Assembly: GCA_951406725.2 (NCBI GenBank)
Contig: OX597819.1
Coordinates: 6,262,001 to 6,326,000, forward strand
DNA length: 64,000 bases
Source of the DNA: Octopus vulgaris
Taxonomy: Eukaryota
Reading direction: 5' to 3'
The stretch's first letter is position 1, and each line of letters starts with the position of its first letter. Of this stretch, positions 57,690-64,000 are shown piece after piece. Under the pieces are notes generated by a model. That model worked only from the letters and a program-made list of their open reading frames with translations, made no database searches and was not told the origin of the DNA. The translations under genes and the position numbers were made by a program.

Positions 57690-58430
57690 TTGTTCGAATG
57701 TTCTCCATCCAATCTCATTATATTGCTTTTGCTGACGAGTAAGCTTTTGATGCAATCCTTTCTCTCTCTTTGCAAACAAGTAGATTTTGTCTAAGTGACA
57801 CAATGTGGCCGTCAAAAGCCATCTGGGCTGATCTTATACTTCTCCCCATCCCTCTGTTTAATATTGATCCTGCCTGCGTCACTGTTGATGTGAAAGTCCT
57901 GTCATTGTTAGTATTTCCTAGTTCTGATGTGCAATTTGAGGATTTTTTCAGGTCTCCAGTCTAATTTCCTCAATGTTGGAACTGGATGGAAGCACTCCGT
58001 CGGTTACGACGACGAGGGTTTCGGTTGATCCTATCAACGGAACAGCCTGCTCGTGAAATTAACGTGTAAGTGGCTGAGCACTCCACAGACACGTGTACCC
58101 TTAACGTAGTTCTCGGGGATATTCAGCGTGACACAGAGAGTGACAAGGCCGGCCCCTTGAAGTACAGGTACAACAGAAACAGGAAGTAAGAGTGAGAGAA
58201 AGTTGTGATGAAAGAGTACAGCAGGGATCACCACCATCCCTGCCGGAGCCTCGTGGAACTTGTAGGTGTTTTCGCTCAATAAACACTCATAACGCCCGGT
58301 CTGGGAATCGAAACCGCGATCCTATGACCGCGATTCCGCTGCCCTAACCACTGGGCCATTGCGCCTCCAATTACCTAGTATCGTAGCAGCAAGAGGCACT
58401 AGGTCTCTTCTATTTCTCGTTCTGACTCCA
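57690..58430 (-). mobile_element. RTE-like LINE C-terminal relic split by a family B SINE
   Basis: Minus fragments EREIEET*CLLLLRY, SNIEEIRL and IRSAQMAFDGHIV resemble the RTE ORF C-terminus; heavily decayed. Confidence 0.45.
57987..58369 (-). mobile_element. SINE family B, full length
   Basis: Reverse complement of 19441-19830. Confidence 0.93.
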
Positions 58431-58839
58431 TTACTACTACACCTTAACGCACACCTCCAAATTTCAACCTACCCTCTTAAATATGGATGAGCATTCTGAA
58501 TGAATTATCCTGAATATACCATGTGTCATGTGCACAACAAAACAACACTTTACACAAAAGCAGGCGAAATAAATAGCGTTACTTTCTATTGAGAATTGAA
58601 ATGCAGACGACAGGTCAGAATTAGAGGAAAGCAGCAGTAAAAACGTTCGTATTTTTCTTAAATCGATTTATGAGAAACAAACGAATCACGTCTTCGATCC
58701 CTTCTTCAATTATTTCTTCACTCATTTTTACAGAATATTTATGCGATGTTTAGTTAATCCCTAATTTAGACAATCCATTGGGGAATAAGGACATATTAGA
58801 AAACTCCTTTCTTTGGACGAACAGTCTAATGTTCCGCCT

Positions 58840-58941
58840 TCCCCCCTCCTCCTCTTCCTCCTCCTCGTCCTCCTACTACTACTACTGCCACTACCTCTGC
58901 TGCTGCTGCTGCTCCTACTACTACTACTACTATTACTACTA

Positions 58942-58990
<49 letters not shown>

Positions 58991-59420
58991 CACTAATTTT
59001 GCTGCTGCTGCTACCACCACCACAACCACCACCACCACCACCACCACCACCACCACCACCACCACCACCACCACCACCACCACTACCACCACTACCACCA
59101 CCACCACCACCACAACCACCACCACCACCACCACCACCACAACAACAACAACAACCACCACCACCGTCACCACCACCACCACCACCACTACCACCACCAC
59201 CACCACCACCACTACCACCACCACCACCACCACCACCACCACCACCACCACCACAACAACAACAACCACCACCACCACCATCACCACCACCACCACCACC
59301 ACTACCACCACCACCACCACCACCACTACCACCACCACCACTACCACCTCTACCACCACCACCACCACCACCACCACTACCACCACCACCACTACCACTA
59401 CCACCACCACCACCACCACA
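58840..59420. repeat. Compound (CCT)/(CTA)/(CTG)/(CCA)n trinucleotide array
   Basis: Directly visible; gives the poly-Leu, poly-Pro and poly-Val ORFs. Confidence 0.95.
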
Positions 59421-59776
59421 AATACTACTACTTATACTGTTTTTAATTGGGCTGTGATATCTAGACTTGTTTTAAAATTACATAGTTTTTACGTCCTCTG
59501 AAATACTCGCAGAACGAATGCACTTCTGGTGGTTTTCACCAGTTCCTACATTATATTTACACAATTGATTCCCAATTTGTGTAATTTTTCTGACATATTA
59601 CATCAAATTTCACTTGTGTCCTTCATTCGTAAATTGAGAATCTCTTTTCTTCATCAAAAATGCCCAAGAAATATGAAAGGATTCTTAGCGGCAACATAAT
59701 TTGGCAAACGCTAAATTAAACTTATAATTTGAAGAAACGGTTTTATTGATGTGTCTATGGAAAGTAGCGTCATGAA

Positions 59777-60062
59777 GTGTGCGTGTGTGTGTGTGCGTGT
59801 GCGTGTGTGCGTGTGTGTGTGTGTGTGCGTGTGTGTGTGTGTGTGTGTGTGCGTGTGTGTGTGTGAGTGTGTGTGCGTGTGTGTGTGTGCGTGCGTGTGT
59901 GTGTAAGTGTGTGTGCGTGCGTGTGTGTGTGCGTGTGTGTGTGTGTGCGCGTGCATGTGTGTGTGTGCGTGCGTGTGTGTGTGTGTGTGTGTGTGCGTGT
60001 GTGCGTGTGCGCGCGCGTGTGTGTGTGTGTGTGTGTATGTGTGTGTGTGTGTGTGTGTGTGT
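59777..60062. repeat. (GT)n with GC interruptions
   Basis: About 285 bp of almost uninterrupted purine-pyrimidine alternation. Confidence 0.95.
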
Positions 60063-60220
60063 TTGCGTAAGAAGCAGAGACAAAAAGAGAGAGAGGAGAT
60101 AAAGTGGGAACACTATCTTGCAGTGAATTGAAATCCTGCACTGAAATAAAATATTTTTCTGTAGTTGAAATTCTCAATAATATAAGGTTTTGGAAACAAA
60201 ATTTTGATTTAAATAAATAT

Positions 60221-60386
60221 AGGCGCAGGAGTGGCTGTGTGGTAAGTAGCTTGCTAACCAACCACACGGTTCCGGGTTCAGTCCCACTGCGTGGCACCTT
60301 GGGCTAGTGTCTTCTGCTATAGCCCCGGGCCGACCAATGCCTTGTGAGTGGATTTGGTAGACGGAAACTGAAAGAAGCCCGTCGTA

Positions 60387-60433
<47 letters not shown>

Positions 60434-60651
60434 ATGTGTTTGTGTGTCTGTGTTTGTCCCCCCTAGCATTGCTTGACAACCGATGCTGGTGTGTTTACGT
60501 CCCCGTTAGTTAGCGGTTCGGCAAAAAAGACCGATAGAATAAGTACTGGGCTTACAAAGAATAAGTCCCGGAGTCGATTTGCTCGACTAAAAAGGCGGTG
60601 TTCCAGCATGGCCGCAGTCAGATGACTGAAACAAGTAAAAGAGTAAAAGAG
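60221..60651 (+). mobile_element. SINE family A, full length
   Basis: Complete head, body, internal microsatellite and tail. Confidence 0.93.
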
Positions 60652-60906
60652 TAAATAGTATAATGAAATTGGAATTTTTAAGAATTTTCTACTCAATGTC
60701 AATTTTAAATAATTGATTTCTTTTGATAAAAGTTACTTTTTAAGTACATGTACCGATTGATCCAACCAGTTTGTTGAATCACTCCCCAAAAATTTGGTTT
60801 GATTCGAAATTAGACTAAAGGTGGCTTCTCAACATTTACGCAATAGATTCGAACTCGATAACGCATGATGGTGAAGCGAGGTTCTTAATCTATCATTCAC
60901 TGCCCC

Positions 60907-60958
<52 letters not shown>

Positions 60959-61074
60959 GATACTTAAATGGATAGATAAACAGACAGAATCATAGGCAAG
61001 CAGGTCGACATATACACAGACAAACAAACAAACGGACTGACAGGTTGATAGATAGATAGATAGACAGAAAGATA

Positions 61075-61290
61075 AGTTTCTTTATTGGCCACACAGGGCT
61101 GCACACAGATGGGACAAGTTACAAGGTAGAGCTTTTCTTTTGGGGGAGAAAAAAAGGAAAAGAAAAAAAGGAAAAAAGAAAAAAGGAAAAGAAAAAAAGA
61201 AAAAAGGGAAAAGAGAAAAGAAAAATGAAAAGAGAAAAAAAGAGGAAAAAGGGGGAGAGGAAAAAAAAACGATCAATAGGGATCGTGTAT
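61075..61290 (-). mobile_element. Probable Tx1/L1-like 3' UTR end within (GATA/GACA)n
   Basis: Minus strand: long pyrimidine tract, then ccaAATAAAgaaactt running into the microsatellite; no coding evidence. Confidence 0.35.
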
Positions 61291-61338
61291 AGACAGAAAG
61301 ATAGATAGATAGACAGGCAGACAGACAGACAGACAGAC

Positions 61339-61401
<63 letters not shown>

Positions 61402-61498
61402 CAGACAGTCAGACAGACAGATAGACAGACAGACAGACAGGTAGATAGATAGATATATAGACAGACAGACAGACAGACAGACAGATGGACAGACAAAC

Positions 61499-61589
<91 letters not shown>

Positions 61590-62294
61590 TCTAGTTAGCA
61601 TCGGTTCACGGCGCAAGTCGATCGGTTTTCTTGTTCAGAATGTCTGTCATCTGACTTTTATGACTATACTGACTGAGTTCTCTATACACTCCCATCTGCA
61701 GCTGGTCTAATAGATCACTCGATATCCATCTTTGATAGTGTATTGCGGATGACTTGTACTCATGATTAAATTATATGTCATCGTTTTTAGTCAACACTGT
61801 CTTTCAATCCTGCTGGTACTATAAAATACTAGTTGTTTACTGTAGCTGATTAAAAAGAAATGATATATTCTGATCTAAAAAAAGACAAATCACTGGTGGA
61901 ATGAAAAATAAAAGTGATATTAGAAAAAGCATTCAATTGATACGATGTTTTGCAAACATTAGTTTCTTATATCTTGTTTTGAAATGTTTGTAATAAAGAT
62001 CTGATAGTAGGTTAGAAAATGTTTGGTTTCGTTGTATACACCCATAGATACAATAGTATCATATGGGTGACTAATAAAGTTTCTGCAATGTCACACAGCC
62101 TGCAAGAAATAACACCCAACTATTTCTCAGATCACATTCTGAATATCAGAAAAAGGAAGGTCATATGTGACTATGCGTTAAAAAATTTGCTTTCTAACGG
62201 CATGGTTCCTACTGAGCTGAGCATTGGACATTTATTATCTACTATAGCCACGAGCCGATCCAAGCAACGATGACTAGACGCAAACTAAGAGAAA

Positions 62295-62370
<76 letters not shown>

Positions 62371-62374
<4 letters not shown>

Positions 62375-62576
62375 TAATCCAAACAAGGAAAACAAAAAGA
62401 CAACAACGCAAGGATGTGGAACAAATATATTATTATTGGACGCTCAGGAAAGAAGGGAAGAAGGAGGGTTTGACGTTTCGAGCGGAGCTCTTCGTCGGAA
62501 ACATAGGAGAAGGAAAGATCCCGAGACGGGAGGACAGAGGAAAAAAATCGCCGGTGGTACTCACGAGGTCACATAT
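62371..62576 (-). mobile_element. Family E hammerhead-like element with GUC triplet
   Basis: Minus gttt-CCGACGA-A-gagc-tcc-gctc-GAAAC-GTC-aaac at 62502-62468; 3' end abuts (TA)n. Confidence 0.72.
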
Positions 62577-62603
62577 GATTACACCTGTGTTAACATCTTT
62601 TTA

Positions 62604-62645
<42 letters not shown>

Positions 62646-62690
62646 TAAAAAAAATGGAGTTAACGCAGGTGTAATCAAATATTTTTACTT

Positions 62691-62725
<35 letters not shown>

Positions 62726-63404
62726 CAAATAAATTTTTCCTATACAAGAATGTTGCTGACGGTGACTTCCAAGTTTCCATCAGCTAACCCATCGTTGGAC
62801 AGCTATGCATGTGTGTGTGTGTGTGTGTGAGTGCATGTATGTATGTGCGTATGTGTCTTTGTGACTCTGCTTCCGCTCTCCCCCCTCTTTACACCGGATG
62901 TTGGTTTGTTTACGTGCCATTAACTTAGCGGATCCATCAAGAGACCCTTACAAAGAATCTGGTTTTAAGGTAATTAATAGTGGGGTCGATTTGAACGATT
63001 GAAACATTACAAAGCGGTTACCCAACATGGCCACTATCCAATGACTGAAGTAAGTAAAAGATAAAGCTGTAATCCTGGATATACAAAATGTTAGAATGGT
63101 TAAATCTAGAATATATCCGTTATAAGTCAGCTTAATCTCGCATATTGATATTTTACTTTGGAACTGATATTTAACCTTGGAACAGTGTCAGAAATTTGTA
63201 GAGAAATTTGTATTAGTTGATTCTTATTCTACGTTATATCTGTGGTGCTTATTGTGTCAAACTGGCAAGGACGAATCGCAAAATCGATCTTGGTCAAATT
63301 TGAACGCAGAATGATTATGGAGAAAACTGATTGCTGAAAGATAACTTGATCTTTAGAAACATTCCTTCATTTTAACTTGGTAATAATGTATACATTAATT
63401 AAGA

Positions 63405-63945
63405 CAGCGAGCTAGCAGAATCGTTAACAAGCCGGAGAAAATGCTTGGCAGCATTTCGTCCGTCTTTACGCTCTGAGTCTAAAATCCGCCACAATGGACT
63501 TTGCCTTTAATTCTTTTGGAATCGATGAAATAGGTACCAGTTTATCTCTGAGGTTGATGTAATCGACTAAAAAGACTCCGCCGGTTACGACGACGAGGGT
63601 CCCAGCTGATACAATCAACGGAACAGCTTGCTCGTGAAATTAACGTGCAAATGGCTGAGCATTCCACAGACACGTGTACCCTTAACGTAGTTCTCGGGGA
63701 TAATCAGCGTGACACAGAGAGTGACAAGGCTGACCCTTTGAAATACAAGTATAACTCATTTTTGCCAGCTGAGTGGACTGGAGCAACGTGAAATAAAGTG
63801 TCTTGCTCAAGGACACAACGCGTCGCCGGGAATCGAACTCACAACCTTACGATCATGAGCCGAATGCCCTAACCACTAAGCCACGCGCCCTCACCATGTA
63901 ATCGACTATCCCTCCCATGAAATAGTTACCATTGGATCAAAATTT
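63405..63945 (+). mobile_element. SINE family C interrupted by a younger SINE
   Basis: gcgagctagcagaatcgttaac...ggactttgcctttaattc...gatgtaatcgacta resumes after 63896. Confidence 0.75.
63570..63895 (-). mobile_element. Chimeric SINE: family D head and CORE plus family B tail, 13-bp TSD
   Basis: TSD atgtaatcgacta at 63557 and 63896; 63755-63893 matches 11100-11243 and 63575-63745 matches the family B 3' half. Confidence 0.9.
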
Positions 63946-64000
63946 GAGAGCAGCGTATAAATTAATTGAAGGGTAATTGAAATTTGGGATCTCAATAGCC

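Noticed and set aside
58813-59457. 214-aa Leu/Pro-rich ORF resembling a signal peptide plus extensin or formin FH1
   Set aside because: Entirely a compound trinucleotide microsatellite with near-uniform CTA/CCA codons, a non-ATG start and no flanking domains.
62019-62273. 84-aa plus ORF in unique sequence
   Set aside because: Short, no motif or homology recognised; compatible with chance.

Overview
This is AT-rich, microsatellite-saturated animal non-coding DNA. The SINE families, microsatellite spectrum and repeat density point to a cephalopod, most likely Octopus (inferred from recall, not from a search). I can support no intact host protein-coding gene; nearly all track ORFs are translations of simple repeats or SINEs. 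The window holds at least four tRNA-derived SINE families (CORE-like and Meta-like domains, with visible module swapping) and 3' remnants of CR1-, R4/Dong-, Tx1/L1- and RTE-like LINEs. It also holds mariner, Tc1, pogo and piggyBac relics, non-autonomous Helitrons, a decayed tRNA-Asp(GTC) and a 2-kb (ACAT)n array. Two things stand out. First, many short non-coding elements next to (TA)n or (TA)-rich tracts carry minimal hammerhead-ribozyme-like motifs, some with terminal fold-backs (Penelope pLTR or retrozyme-like). Second, a 3.9-kb nested structure at 40.7-44.7 kb consists of a SINE split by a pogo-like MITE, which is in turn split by an apparent head-to-head pair of composite Helitrons carrying mariner and piggyBac cargo. 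All calls were made by eye; boundaries are approximate unless a TSD or terminal motif is quoted.
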